From Armatimonadota bacterium (GTDB lineage: Bacteria; Armatimonadota; UBA5829): 64,000 bases of DNA. Made by a program: the position numbers and the translations under genes. Position 1 is the first letter of the stretch, and each line of letters starts with the position of its first letter. Positions 1-10,952 of this stretch are shown in pieces. The DNA lies in contig JAPLCU010000018.1 in NCBI GenBank assembly GCA_026392045.1, positions 5,417 to 69,416 of the forward strand, read 5' to 3'. The notes below the pieces were generated by a model. The model was given only the letters and a program-made list of their open reading frames with translations. It was not told the origin of the DNA and did no database searches.

Positions 1-56
1 CCCATATCATCCTCCATGTCAATTGACATATTAGCCTTACCCACTAGACAGGCGGC

Positions 57-488
57 CTATCTTGTCGTGGTGAAGATAATGGCCAGTATTATGTTGATTA
101 CCTGTGCGGCTACACATAGCGGGCAGATTTCATGCACCATGAAAACCATTGCCCAGGCCAAATAGATACTGAATAACGCGGCAAAGATCGAAATTGCCGT
201 CAAAGCCGCGCCGAAAGGCCAATATTTGAGCTTGAAACGTGATACTGCCGCAATCCCCACCAGCGCATAATAGCCCATGCCGAATATGCTGTTCGGAATA
301 CCGAATGTGCTCGCCCAAGCACTGGTGGCGAGTGTTCGGCACACGCTTTGCTTGAGTTCGCAAATCATAGGCACCACGGGGGATTGGAATCCCAAATAAC
401 CATAGTGCAGCAAAGTATAGTAAAAGCTATCGGCAAAGCCGATTAAAGCCATGAACAGAACCAGGATAGTAATGACCATATCAACCAC
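57..488 (-). CDS. Vitamin K epoxide reductase (VKOR) family membrane protein
   Basis: 4 TM segments, loop cysteine pair (C..C..LATSAWASTFGIPNS) and CPLC redox motif. Confidence 0.85.
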   Translation of the reverse strand: MVDMVITILVLFMALIGFADSFYYTLLHYGYLGFQSPVVPMICELKQSVCRTLATSAWASTFGIPNSIFGMGYYALVGIAAVSRFKLKYWPFGAALTAISIFAALFSIYLAWAMVFMVHEICPLCVAAQVINIILAIIFTTTR

Positions 489-699
489 TTCGCATTCAAA
501 AACATTGCAGCCCTAATCTAGTAATACCCGTAAACCGATGCAGTTGGCACGAATTGAGACGCTTGATTTCTGGAAACGGATGTCCAAAACTTCTGGATTC
601 TTAATGTCTTAAACCCTCCAAATATGCTTCTATCTGTGGTAAAATATAGCCTGTTCGGTCCGCACTTCGTTTTATAGCGCCGATCAGGTTAGGAAAAAT

Positions 700-3600
700 A
701 TGAGCGCGCCTGGTTTTGTTCATCTTCATACGCATACCGAGTATAGCTTGCTTGACGGCGCCAGCCGGATTAAGGAAATCATCAAAGCGGCGCAGGAATA
801 TGAAATGCCGTCTGTGGCTATTACCGACCATGGCGTGATGTATGGCAATCTCCAATTTTATTCCGAGGCCAAAGCCGCTGGTATTAAGCCGATTCTGGGC
901 TGCGAGGTCTATGTGGCCCCGCGCCATCGCACGCAAAAAGACGCCAGGCTAGATAAAGAACAGCACCATCTCGTTCTTCTTGCGAAGAGCGAAAAGGGTT
1001 ATAAGAACCTCATAAAACTGGTCAGCATGGCGTTCAGCGAAGGCTTCTATTACAAACCCAGGGTCGATAAAGAGCTTCTGGCGCAATATTCGGATGAGTT
1101 GATTGCTATGTCCGCGTGCCTCGGCGGCGAAATTCCTTACCATATTTTACAAGGTGATTTGGCGCAGGCTGAGAGGTCGCTTGGTGAATATCTGGATATC
1201 TTCGGCAAGGAAAACTTCTATCTTGAGCTTCATGACCACGGCTTGGCCGAGCAGAAACCTACCAATGAGGCGCTAATCAGGCTGCATGAGATCACTGGGG
1301 TTCCGCTGGTAGTGTCGAATGACAGCCATTACACCGCCAAAAAAGACGCTGAAGCGCATGATGTGCTTCTTTGCATACAGACCGGCTCGACCCTCGATGA
1401 CCCGAATCGGCTCAGATTTGGCACGCATGAGTTTTATTTCAAGAATCAGGAAGAGATGGGGCTGTTGTTCCCCAATCATCCTGATGCCTATGCCAATACC
1501 CTCGAAATAGCCGACCGATGCAATCTTGATTTCGATTTTGGCAGATCAAAGCTGCCTGACCCGGGCGTGCCTGAAGGCATTGCGCCTGGGGACTACATGT
1601 ATAAGGAAGGCTGGGACGGTCTGACACGTCGCATGGGCTATGAACCGCCGGAGGATTACAAGAAGCAGTTCGATTACGAGTGCCGGATCATCAACGACTG
1701 CGGCTTCCCGCTCTATATGCTTATTGTGCGTGATTTCACTGACTTCGCACGAGCGCAGGGGATGTATATCGGCGCGAGAGGGTCTGCTGCATCGAGCCTG
1801 GTGGGTTACGGATTGGGAATTACGGACGTTGACCCCATCGAATACGGCCTGGCTTTTGAGCGATTCCTTAACCCCGAGCGCGCGGAGATGCCCGATGTCG
1901 ATCTTGATATTCAGGACGACCGCCGCGAGGAGCTTATACAATATGCCTGCCAGAAATATGGGCGGGATCGTGTCGGCCAGATTGCAACATTCGGCAGCAT
2001 GAAAGCGCGCGCGGCTGTGCGCGACTGTGGCCGAGTGCTTGGAATGGACCTGGCTGAGGTTGATAAGGTCTGCAAGATGATCCCGAATATGCCCATAGGA
2101 ATCACTATTGACGATGCACTGCAAGTCAATCCCGAGCTCAAACGCGCCTATGATGGCACATCAAGCGTCAAGAGGCTGATTGATACCGCGAAGACTCTGG
2201 AGGGGATCAACCGCAACGTCGGCGTGCATGCGGCGGGTGTGCTCATCTCCGACGACCCGCTCACGGAGCACGTGCCGGTACAGCAGGGCGGCAAGGGCGA
2301 GTTTGTGGCGCAGATGGCAAAAAAGGACATCGCGAAGGTCGGTCTTCTGAAGATGGACTTTTTGGGACTTGCGAACCTCACAATCCTTGCTCATGCCATC
2401 AAAAATGTGAAGCAGAGCCATGGCATCGACGTCGATATCATGAAGATTCCTCTGGATGACTCCAAAACCTATGAAATGCTCGGGCGGGGCGATACAAACG
2501 GCGTTTTCCAGCTTGAAAGCGCGGGTATGCGCAGAAACGTTGTCGATCTCAAGCCGAACTCGGTGCGAGAACTCGCCGCTATTGTGGCGCTCTATCGCCC
2601 TGGGCCGATGCAGTTTATTCCCAAGTTTGTGCGCTCGAAGTTCGGAAATGAGCCGATTAAGTATCTGCATCCGAAACTTGAGCCTATTCTTGAAGAGACC
2701 TACGGCGTCATCTGCTACCAGGAGCAGGTTCTGAACATCGCCCGCGCAATCGCCGGGTTCTCTATGGGCCAGGCGGATCTCCTTCGCAAGGCCATGTCCA
2801 ATAAAAACAAAGAGATAATGGACAAGGAGAAGGAGAAGTTCCTCGAAGGCGCGAAAAAGAATGGCGTCGCTCCGAGAATTGCTGCGGCCATCTTTGAGCA
2901 GGTGGAGCCGTTCGCCGGTTACGCGTTTAATAAGGCGCATGCGGTCTGCTATGCATTCGTTGCGTATCGAACGGCTTATATGAAGGCGAATTACCCCGTA
3001 GAATACTGTGCGGCGCTCCTTTCGGCAAATATGGACGATAAAGACAAGCTCTCGATGTATATCGAAGACTGCAAACGCTTCGGCATAGAGATTTTGCCGC
3101 CGGATGTGAACAATAGCTGCGCGGAGTTTACCGTGGAGAAGCTGGCGGAGCGCAAAGAGGGTTCCAGCTTTGATTTCGGCATCCGATTGGGATTGGCAGC
3201 TATCAAAGGCTGCGGCCGCGCGGTGATCGATGGAATGGCGGCGGCGAGGGAATCGGGCGGGAAGTTTACCGATCTGTTCGATTTCTGCGAGCGAGTATCC
3301 GAGAGTGTCACCATCAATAAGAACACCGTTGAGAGCCTTATTAAGGTTGGCGCGTTCTCGTCCGTGAACCCAAATCGCGCGCAGCTATTGGAAATGCTGC
3401 CGGATGCTATGAACCATGCGGCGACAAAACTTAGGGAATCAAAATCCGGTCAAGTTGGGCTTTTTGGCACAGATTCAGCCGATAACTGCCACTATGACCT
3501 GAACAAATATAATCACATATCAGACTTCAAGCCCGAAGATTTCTTTTCGATGGAGAAGGATCTCGTCGGCCTATATCTATCGGGGCATCCGCTCGAAAAC

Positions 3601-4203
3601 CTGCGCGCCAATCTGGAGCGCAGCGCCACCGCGAACGCCGCCAACTATTCCGAGCTGGAAGACGGCAAAGAATGCGTAATCGGCGGTATAATATCGGACG
3701 TTCGGTTCCGCATTACCAGGCGCAATGAAAAAATGGCCGTCGTGAAGATCGAAGACCTTTACGGCAGCATCGATGTCACATTCTTCCCAAGAGACCTCAA
3801 GACCTGCGAGCAGCTTTTGGTCAAGGATAAAGTTGTCTTGATAAAGGGCAAGGCTGTCCACCGCGAACGCTTCGGCGCTGCCGCTGACGATGAGGACACG
3901 GCATTTGAAGTTGAAATTCGCGGCGAATCCGTGAGCCCTGTTCAAAAAGTCAATCGAGCAGGTTCCACCAAGCCAAATGCCCCGCGCGCCGTCCATATTC
4001 GCATCAACGGCGCCTCTGCCGACCGCCTGGGCAGCCTGAAGGCTCTGCTGGACTCGAACCCCGGCGAAAGCCCCGTCTTCTTCTGGATGGAGCACTGCGG
4101 CGCTCGCCAAAAAGTGGTCACCAAATACCGCGTAAACGCCAGCACTAAGTTTGTGGCTGATATTGAAAGCATGCTGGGAAGCTCGACTGTGAAGGTTGGA
4201 TGA
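700..4203 (+). CDS. dnaE: DNA polymerase III subunit alpha
   Basis: PHP domain FVHLHTHTEYSLLDG, RGSAASSLV, PDVDLD, KMDFLGL, YAFNKAHA, C-terminal OB fold. Confidence 0.98.
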   Translation: MSAPGFVHLHTHTEYSLLDGASRIKEIIKAAQEYEMPSVAITDHGVMYGNLQFYSEAKAAGIKPILGCEVYVAPRHRTQKDARLDKEQHHLVLLAKSEKGYKNLIKLVSMAFSEGFYYKPRVDKELLAQYSDELIAMSACLGGEIPYHILQGDLAQAERSLGEYLDIFGKENFYLELHDHGLAEQKPTNEALIRLHEITGVPLVVSNDSHYTAKKDAEAHDVLLCIQTGSTLDDPNRLRFGTHEFYFKNQEEMGLLFPNHPDAYANTLEIADRCNLDFDFGRSKLPDPGVPEGIAPGDYMYKEGWDGLTRRMGYEPPEDYKKQFDYECRIINDCGFPLYMLIVRDFTDFARAQGMYIGARGSAASSLVGYGLGITDVDPIEYGLAFERFLNPERAEMPDVDLDIQDDRREELIQYACQKYGRDRVGQIATFGSMKARAAVRDCGRVLGMDLAEVDKVCKMIPNMPIGITIDDALQVNPELKRAYDGTSSVKRLIDTAKTLEGINRNVGVHAAGVLISDDPLTEHVPVQQGGKGEFVAQMAKKDIAKVGLLKMDFLGLANLTILAHAIKNVKQSHGIDVDIMKIPLDDSKTYEMLGRGDTNGVFQLESAGMRRNVVDLKPNSVRELAAIVALYRPGPMQFIPKFVRSKFGNEPIKYLHPKLEPILEETYGVICYQEQVLNIARAIAGFSMGQADLLRKAMSNKNKEIMDKEKEKFLEGAKKNGVAPRIAAAIFEQVEPFAGYAFNKAHAVCYAFVAYRTAYMKANYPVEYCAALLSANMDDKDKLSMYIEDCKRFGIEILPPDVNNSCAEFTVEKLAERKEGSSFDFGIRLGLAAIKGCGRAVIDGMAAARESGGKFTDLFDFCERVSESVTINKNTVESLIKVGAFSSVNPNRAQLLEMLPDAMNHAATKLRESKSGQVGLFGTDSADNCHYDLNKYNHISDFKPEDFFSMEKDLVGLYLSGHPLENLRANLERSATANAANYSELEDGKECVIGGIISDVRFRITRRNEKMAVVKIEDLYGSIDVTFFPRDLKTCEQLLVKDKVVLIKGKAVHRERFGAAADDEDTAFEVEIRGESVSPVQKVNRAGSTKPNAPRAVHIRINGASADRLGSLKALLDSNPGESPVFFWMEHCGARQKVVTKYRVNASTKFVADIESMLGSSTVKVG

Positions 4204-5024
4204 GAAGGGATGATAAATTGAACAAAGAAATGTTATCCCGTATTGCAGAACAACTGAATCAATATTCTGAATTGGCGGCCACAGCTTCATCTGTCACTTC
4301 CATGTTCGGTCAGCTCAGATTGACAATTGCAAAGCAGAACGATTTGATGAAGACAATGGCGGCTTTCGCCGAAATGTCGCGGCGAGCATCAGATGTGCTA
4401 CGGCATTTTGATTCACAATCACTGACAAATGACATAAGAAATGCATTCCCGTTCCTTCTAAGTTATGGTTGGCCTCCGCCTGTGGAACTTGGTCTCGGTG
4501 ATTTGCGAACGATTATGCGCGATCAATCTGAGAATGATGAACCAGCAATTGGCAGGGCTATAGAAAAACTTGTATTGAGTTGCTACGGAAATGATAAATT
4601 AGAGAGAATCCATGAAAATTGGGAGCATCGGCTTTTTCTAAAACATCGCTTACCAATACTTCGCGCGGTTATGGATGCTCATATAAGCAAGAACTATTGG
4701 CTATCAGTACCGTCTATGCTTCCTCAAATAGATGGAGTTATTGCTGAATACTATGGGCATAAAGGGCATCTATCGGGTAAAAAGCTAGTTGAGTATGTTG
4801 AGAAGCTATTTGCGGCGCAACCAAGTAATCTTATGGGATTAATAAGCTCTGCAAATAGGGATTTTTACACCACGATACTACTTTTCCCATTCCTCTTTGG
4901 TCAGCTTCCAGCGTTTATAAGTAGGCATGCAATTTTACACGGTGCCGATACCGGATATGGAACAGAAGCCAATTCGCTAAAGGTAATCTTGTTTTTCGAT
5001 TATCTTGTAAGCAATTTCAGCTAG
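4200..5024 (+). CDS. Hypothetical protein with C-terminal HEPN-like RxxxxH motif
   Basis: 274-aa ORF overlapping the dnaE stop (ATGA), AT-richer than its flanks, ISRHAILHG motif near the C-terminus. Confidence 0.6.
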   Translation: MRRDDKLNKEMLSRIAEQLNQYSELAATASSVTSMFGQLRLTIAKQNDLMKTMAAFAEMSRRASDVLRHFDSQSLTNDIRNAFPFLLSYGWPPPVELGLGDLRTIMRDQSENDEPAIGRAIEKLVLSCYGNDKLERIHENWEHRLFLKHRLPILRAVMDAHISKNYWLSVPSMLPQIDGVIAEYYGHKGHLSGKKLVEYVEKLFAAQPSNLMGLISSANRDFYTTILLFPFLFGQLPAFISRHAILHGADTGYGTEANSLKVILFFDYLVSNFS

Positions 5025-5247
5025 CAAGCGTGAGCAAATCCAGATATTACCACAAGGTGGGATGCTCAAAGATTTGGGGCAAACCCGACCTATTGTTATA
5101 TGATACCACTGAAGAAGCAGAATTGAACGAAAAGGTAGCCTGCAAAGTATGCCAACCATTTTGCTAATGTCAGCAAAATGGTCTTGCGCAGGCATCCGCA
5201 GTAACTTGTGTTTGTTCTTAGATGCAAAAAGGTCAGGAAACAGGTAT

Positions 5248-5811
5248 ATGTCCACCGGAAATCGAATTATGGTTATAGGCTCGCCCGGAAGTGGGAAAAG
5301 CACATTTGCTCGTGAGCTTGCTTCTATAACCGGCATGCCTCTTGTTCATCTTGATAAGCATTTTTGGAATGCAGGTTGGGTTGAAACACCTAAAGACGAG
5401 TTTTACGCATGGCAGCGCGAAATCGTCAAGGATGAGATGTGGATTATAGATGGCAACTACGGCGGTTCAATGGATATACGCCTTGAAAGAGCTGACATGG
5501 TCATAAACTTTGAGCTTTCAAAAATAGTCTGTTCTCTGAGCTGGCTGAAGAGACTGGCAACCCATGTAGGACGAAACCGTGTTGATATGCCAAAGGGATG
5601 CCCTGAGAAACTGGACTGGGAGTTTAAGAAATACATTTGGGACTTTCCCAAGACTTCCGGCAAGCGCAATCGCGAACGCCTTGTGAGATATAGCGAACTT
5701 AACGTGGTCACATTCAAAAATCGGCGGGAGACTAACAGTTTTTTGAATGAGCTGCGAAAAGACGCGGGCGAAAACGCCGTTCCTAAGGAGCCATTAAATT
5801 GCCCAAAATAA
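5248..5811 (+). CDS. P-loop kinase, topology modulation protein/FlaR-like family
   Basis: RIMVIGSPGSGKSTFA Walker A, HLDKHFW, WIIDGNY; ATG at 5248. Confidence 0.85.
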   Translation: MSTGNRIMVIGSPGSGKSTFARELASITGMPLVHLDKHFWNAGWVETPKDEFYAWQREIVKDEMWIIDGNYGGSMDIRLERADMVINFELSKIVCSLSWLKRLATHVGRNRVDMPKGCPEKLDWEFKKYIWDFPKTSGKRNRERLVRYSELNVVTFKNRRETNSFLNELRKDAGENAVPKEPLNCPK

Positions 5812-6707
5812 TCCAATGCGTGCCGAACTTCAGCGAGGGGCGGCGGAGAGATGTTGTTGAGAAGATAGTTGACGCTATCGCCTCGGCTTCGGGCGCGCGG
5901 GTTATTGACTGGTCTATGGATGCTGATCATAACCGCGCTGTGGTCACGTTTATCGGTGCGCCGCAGGAGATTCGGGCTTCGATGCTTGCGGGCGCGCGGG
6001 CTGCTGTCGAGCTGATAGATTTGAATGAGCACACCGGCGGGCATCCAAGAATTGGCGCTGTGGATGTTATTCCCATCGTGCCGGTTGATGGTGTTTCGAT
6101 GGATGAGGCCGTTGCGCTTTCGCGCGAAATTGGGTCGGACATTGCAAATGAGCTTCGAGTGCCGGTCTATTTCTATGAGAACTCGGCTATTAAACCCGAA
6201 TACTGCAATCTGGCGGATGTTCGCCGAGGTGGTTTTGAGGAGCTTAAGGCTTCGAACTTGGTCGAATGCCGGGAGCCCGATCTTGGGCCTCGCGAGCTTC
6301 ACCCAACAGCGGGAGCAACAGCGGTCGGTGCTCGCGGGCCGTTGATCGCTTATAACGTCAATTTAGCCACCCATGACATTCATATTGCCCGCAAAATAGC
6401 CTCAAAGATCAGAAATATGCGCGATTCCGGCGAAGGCATGGCGGGGGTCAAGGCTATCGCTGTCCTGTTGAAATCCCGCGACATCGCCCAGGTATCCACA
6501 AATCTCACCAAACCACACCTGACGGGCCTATGGGACGTCTTCTCATTCATCGAACGCGAGGCGCGTGAGATAGGCATTGAAGTCCTCGAATCCGAACTCA
6601 TTGGAGCATTGCGAGAGCGTGACCTCATTAACGCCGACATACCTGCGATGAAATTTATCGATCTGTCTGAGAAGCGGGTTATTGATTGGTGGATCAGTTC
6701 TTTATAA
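5799..6707 (+). CDS. ftcD: Glutamate formiminotransferase
   Basis: CVPNFSEGR, DADHNRAV, GGHPRIGAVDVIP, GARGPLIAYNVNL. Confidence 0.92.
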   Translation: MPKIIQCVPNFSEGRRRDVVEKIVDAIASASGARVIDWSMDADHNRAVVTFIGAPQEIRASMLAGARAAVELIDLNEHTGGHPRIGAVDVIPIVPVDGVSMDEAVALSREIGSDIANELRVPVYFYENSAIKPEYCNLADVRRGGFEELKASNLVECREPDLGPRELHPTAGATAVGARGPLIAYNVNLATHDIHIARKIASKIRNMRDSGEGMAGVKAIAVLLKSRDIAQVSTNLTKPHLTGLWDVFSFIEREAREIGIEVLESELIGALRERDLINADIPAMKFIDLSEKRVIDWWISSL

Positions 6708-8127
6708 GCAAATGAATGGTCTCCACCAGAGAGTTATCGTCGTCGATCACGTCGATGGTGTGGTAGCCGTTGGTGTATTTTGTTGAGTCCCAGGCAAATC
6801 TATATGGGCTGCTCGTGCTGTAGGCGATACGGCCGTCCACATAGAAGCTGACGACCTCTGATCTCGCCTTGAGAGACGCTATGCATATCGTGCCGCTTTT
6901 GGCTTTTGCGCCGGATTTTATGGTTCTGGCAGTGTATTCATCAGATTCACGTTTCAGCTCTTTGGCTGCCTCGGCTGTGTCGTATTCAGGGAAAAGCAGC
7001 TTGATGGAGGTGACGCCCCTGGTCACGGTTCGGCTCTTTCCAAGCCTCTTGAAGTAGCCCTGCAGATAAGCGGGCGTGAATGCGTTGTCTACTCTTCCAA
7101 CAATCTGAGGCACGGTTTCCCAGTTGCCGTCATCTATCCTGACCTGGGTGCGGTATGAAAGCTTGGAATCGGCGCCATATCGGCAAAGGTTGATGAAGCC
7201 GTTAAACATCGGCGGAGTGCCTTCCATCGCTGGTTTGGTCTTGTCTTTCGGCCCGATTACCATCACTTGAACAGCGCCTTCGCCCTGATCTGCGACGTGA
7301 TAATATGGCTGCACCATAAACCCGCCGCGAGTCTCGATTGGGCCGCCCTCATGGGTTCCCGGTGCGCAGACAGGAGCGGTGGAGAGGGTGAGAACTCCGC
7401 CGTGGTTGGTGTTGACGGAGCCAACCCCAGTGAATGATGTGCCGTCATATCTTCCAACGCCCTGCACAGCCCTGTCCACCTGCGCGATTACATCGTTGGA
7501 ACCATCGGGATAGCGCACGGTGACGTTTCCGCCGCTGCGGTTCTCAAACTCGATTTCTGAGGGCATTTTATCCGGCCTTTTGACCACTATGACGAAGGTA
7601 TCGCCTACCGAGGGGGTATAATCCTCGGGCAGAGGAATCAGGTCCTGCTTTCGCTCAAGGAAAACTTGGCTGCCCACATAAGGCGAGAGGTTTCTGAATA
7701 TCGAATGGCCCGAGTAGATATCGCTAAGAACCCCGGATGAGCGGGGAATATGCCCGCCATATCCCTTGGGAATTGAGGAGAATTCCAGCGGTGTGAGGCT
7801 GAACATCAGCGGCATCTGCTCTCTGCCGGTCGTACCCTCCCTGAACTGCCCTGTCTTGATCCGCAGCCCGTGGACAGCTGTCGCCGCGACCGTGCCAGTC
7901 GGAATATATGACGAAGCCGTAAAGCCGATTATCCGTGCGTTAGCAGCAATTTTAACCCTGCCCACGGCGGCATAACTCTTGCCGCCGTCCACACTCACCT
8001 GCACCAGCCCACCGGCTTGATTAAGCACACGTATCCGATAGACCTCGGTAGAAGCAAAATCGGCTGCGGAAACCTGCGTCGAGGCGATCAACAAAAAGCA
8101 TATTAAGATTAGAAATCGCTTTAGCAT
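6694..8127 (-). CDS. Secreted hypothetical protein with C-terminal Ig-like domain
   Basis: Signal peptide MLKRFLILICFLLIASTQVSA; C-terminal VSFYVDG...PYRFAWDST..TNGYHTI (Big-like). Confidence 0.7.
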   Translation of the reverse strand: MLKRFLILICFLLIASTQVSAADFASTEVYRIRVLNQAGGLVQVSVDGGKSYAAVGRVKIAANARIIGFTASSYIPTGTVAATAVHGLRIKTGQFREGTTGREQMPLMFSLTPLEFSSIPKGYGGHIPRSSGVLSDIYSGHSIFRNLSPYVGSQVFLERKQDLIPLPEDYTPSVGDTFVIVVKRPDKMPSEIEFENRSGGNVTVRYPDGSNDVIAQVDRAVQGVGRYDGTSFTGVGSVNTNHGGVLTLSTAPVCAPGTHEGGPIETRGGFMVQPYYHVADQGEGAVQVMVIGPKDKTKPAMEGTPPMFNGFINLCRYGADSKLSYRTQVRIDDGNWETVPQIVGRVDNAFTPAYLQGYFKRLGKSRTVTRGVTSIKLLFPEYDTAEAAKELKRESDEYTARTIKSGAKAKSGTICIASLKARSEVVSFYVDGRIAYSTSSPYRFAWDSTKYTNGYHTIDVIDDDNSLVETIHLLIKN

Positions 8128-8317
8128 GACACGGTTATTATACCAGATAAATAACTTCAAACATTGACGGTAAGAAAATGCCATCACAGAAACACAGAAT
8201 TAAGAAATCGCAGAAATGCGCATATTTCTTTTGGCGCTGCTTGATTGTTTGTGGAACTATCAATATGAAGGTCGAGGCTCTGGACGCCTGACCTCATATC
8301 CCTTGAAAGGAGACATT

Positions 8318-8815
8318 ATGAATAGAGTTATCAAACTGACTGTAGTATTTGCAATTCTGGCTTTTGTGCTTATGGGCGCTGCGTACGCTGAGCCGGTTAA
8401 GGACACATCGGAGGCCTTTAGCATCAAGGTGGCTAAGGGTTGGACCTCGCAGGAAACCGAGGATTTGATGAGTCTGGTAGGGCCAAGCGGAATTCCGCAT
8501 ATAAACATGAGCGGTGAAGCTGTTGAGGGAGTCACCCTGGCACAGTTTACTAAGGTTTTCCCAGCACTGATGAAGAAAGAGCTCGCTAAGTTCAAGCTCA
8601 TCTCGTCTGGTAAGACCAAAGTTGACAGCATTCCTGCCGCCGTGTGGGTATATTCGGCCAAGATCGACGGTATAATTCTGCAATTCAAGAATTACGTGAT
8701 TTTCAAGGACGGCAAGTTCTATAATGTGGTCTTTTGCACCACAACTGGCCGCTTCAAAACAGACGTGACCGGGTTCGATGCAATGGTAAAGTCCTGGCAG
8801 TGGATCCAGGATTGA
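8318..8815 (+). CDS. Secreted PsbP/DcrB-like protein
   Basis: AAGGAG RBS, signal peptide, FSIKVAKGW start and FDAMVKSW end typical of the PsbP-like fold. Confidence 0.6.
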   Translation: MNRVIKLTVVFAILAFVLMGAAYAEPVKDTSEAFSIKVAKGWTSQETEDLMSLVGPSGIPHINMSGEAVEGVTLAQFTKVFPALMKKELAKFKLISSGKTKVDSIPAAVWVYSAKIDGIILQFKNYVIFKDGKFYNVVFCTTTGRFKTDVTGFDAMVKSWQWIQD

Positions 8816-8832
8816 TGATGTAGAAAAATTAA

Positions 8833-8871
8833 AGGGGCGGCGTGAAACTGGTTCATGCCGCCCTGTTTTTT
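8833..8871 (+). terminator. Rho-independent terminator
   Basis: GGGCGGCGTGAA-loop-TTCATGCCGCCC followed by a T run. Confidence 0.75.
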
Positions 8872-8986
8872 GTGCGTTATACTGAAGTCTATCTATCCAA
8901 TTCCCCGCAGAGAATGTGCTTGTAGTTGCTGATGGTAAGCTCAAGCTGCCTGCGTATTTCCAAATTAGAGTCCTTTTGATTGGTCA

Positions 8987-10744
8987 TTATTCTGTCTTCT
9001 CATAAGGCAGCAGTATGGTGAACTTTGCGCCTTTGCCGGGTTTGCCGCTTTCAAAAATCACGCCGTCGTGCGCTTCCACTATGCCTTTCACAATCGAAAG
9101 CCCGAGGCCCATACCCTTGGCGCGGGAAGTATAGAACGGATTGAATATCTTGGGTTTGTCGATCAGAGCGATGCCCGGGCCATTGTCTTCGAAGCGCACC
9201 ATCAGGAAATTGCCGGATTGCTGGCTTGGCCGCAGCCACTTTTTGCTGGGTTCGTCGGCGATGCCTGTGGTCACGGTAATCCGGCCGCCTTCGGGTTGGA
9301 AGTTGACCGAATTTTCCATTAGTTCCCCGAAACATCTCTTGAGCATTGTAGGATCCGCGCTGATTCTGGGCAAGTCCGCCTTGATCCTGGTTTTAATCTC
9401 TGTTTGGGAGCGCCTGGGGAAACCCTCGTCGATAGATTCCATGACCAGGCTGTTGAGATCGATCTCTTCGATGTCGAGCTGAGTCGCCTTCACGAATTCT
9501 CTAAACTCGTTAAGAATGTCTTCCAGCAGAAAAATACCCTTTTTGATGCTCTCAGATATCCTGAGCGCGCTCTGGGAATCGATATTTGGCTGGCCCAGCA
9601 TCCATTCCAACTCGTTGAAGTCGCCTTTGATCGCAAAAACCCTGTTGCCGATCATATGCGCCGACCGGGCGGACATCTCTCCCCACGCAGCCATTCTCTC
9701 GGTCTTAACCAGTTGATCTATGAGCCGGCGGTTATCGAGCGTGATTCCGAGCTGCGCCGCGATAGTGGTGAGAATGCTTTCGTCATCGTCTGTAAAATCG
9801 TTCGGGAACCACTGATACGGGCTCTTTTTGCGCTGAACTCTTATAACGCCGATCACGCCCCTGTGGATGCGAATCGGCACCGCCATGTATGCGCCCACCT
9901 CGCTGGATGGCAGTTCCTGATAAAGGCCTTTCCAGCGGGGGTCGCTTGGAGGGTCGATTACCCTCAGAATTTGCTCGTTTTCGGCAGTCCAACCCGTAAG
10001 CCCCTCGCCGAGGTCATAGCTGGCCTTGCCGATCAGTTTGGCGAGCGGCCCTCTGGAGGCGCGCAGCACCAGCTTATCAGTCACCACGTCTATCATGAAG
10101 AGCGAGCAGTCCTCAAACTTTAGCGCGTCTGCCGCTACATCGATCACTTTCTGCAGCAGCGCATCGGTGTCTGAAAATCGATTGAGCTCCTGACCGATCT
10201 GCACGAGCGCCATCTCACGGGCGCGATGATCGTCCATAGTGATTGCGATGGTCGCGAGATCTGCAAGTCCCATCACAATGCAGACGCTGGCAGGTTGAAA
10301 ATGGTTGTATTCCAGGCTTTCGAGGTTAATCACGCCGCGCGCGCGCCCGTAGTTGTCCACCAAAGGCGCCGCAAGCTCGCTGCGGGCATCTTCAAATGAC
10401 ATCAAGTAATAGGGATCATTCAACACATCATCGGAGCGATATGGTGAACGGGTCGCTGCGGAGTGGCTGGTTATCCCCTTGCCAGTCTTCTCAGAGATTT
10501 TCAGCCGCCCCAGCCGCTTTTCTTCGGTCCAACCCTGGCCATAGGTATAGCGCACATCCAGCTCGCCGCGGTCATGGTCGACTATAGCCAAAAAGCCTCT
10601 ATCGGCCCCGCTCGCCTTAGCGGCCTCTTCGAGGATGTTTTGAAGGACGTGTTCGATGGCGTTGTCGGTGGCCACAAGCCTGCCGACTCTCGCAAAAAGC
10701 GAGGGTTCCTCCATCGGCCCGCAGAAAGAATGATCTTTGCTCAT
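8987..10744 (-). CDS. GAF-GAF sensor histidine kinase (start uncertain)
   Basis: Two GAF domains, H-box SAHMIGN, N-box ELMENS, DNGPGI, FNPFYTS, GMGLGL. Confidence 0.88.
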   Translation of the reverse strand: MSKDHSFCGPMEEPSLFARVGRLVATDNAIEHVLQNILEEAAKASGADRGFLAIVDHDRGELDVRYTYGQGWTEEKRLGRLKISEKTGKGITSHSAATRSPYRSDDVLNDPYYLMSFEDARSELAAPLVDNYGRARGVINLESLEYNHFQPASVCIVMGLADLATIAITMDDHRAREMALVQIGQELNRFSDTDALLQKVIDVAADALKFEDCSLFMIDVVTDKLVLRASRGPLAKLIGKASYDLGEGLTGWTAENEQILRVIDPPSDPRWKGLYQELPSSEVGAYMAVPIRIHRGVIGVIRVQRKKSPYQWFPNDFTDDDESILTTIAAQLGITLDNRRLIDQLVKTERMAAWGEMSARSAHMIGNRVFAIKGDFNELEWMLGQPNIDSQSALRISESIKKGIFLLEDILNEFREFVKATQLDIEEIDLNSLVMESIDEGFPRRSQTEIKTRIKADLPRISADPTMLKRCFGELMENSVNFQPEGGRITVTTGIADEPSKKWLRPSQQSGNFLMVRFEDNGPGIALIDKPKIFNPFYTSRAKGMGLGLSIVKGIVEAHDGVIFESGKPGKGAKFTILLPYEKTE

Positions 10745-10952
10745 GATGCTTATACCTGGCGGAATAGTATCGCCTGCTAAAAGCCTCCGCCATAAGGCAG
10801 TATACCAGAGCTGAGCAGGAAGGTCAAAAACGCTTCGCGGGTTATGAGTTATGAATTGGAAATTGGGAAACACCGACAAAACCTCCCGCGCGCATCGATT
10901 GAGCGCTGCAGGAGGTTTTTTCAAGACAATATTTTTTACACCCTCAGGTGGC

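Noticed and set aside
700-4203. Intein in DnaE
   Set aside because: Length is normal and no splice-junction or LAGLIDADG motifs are visible
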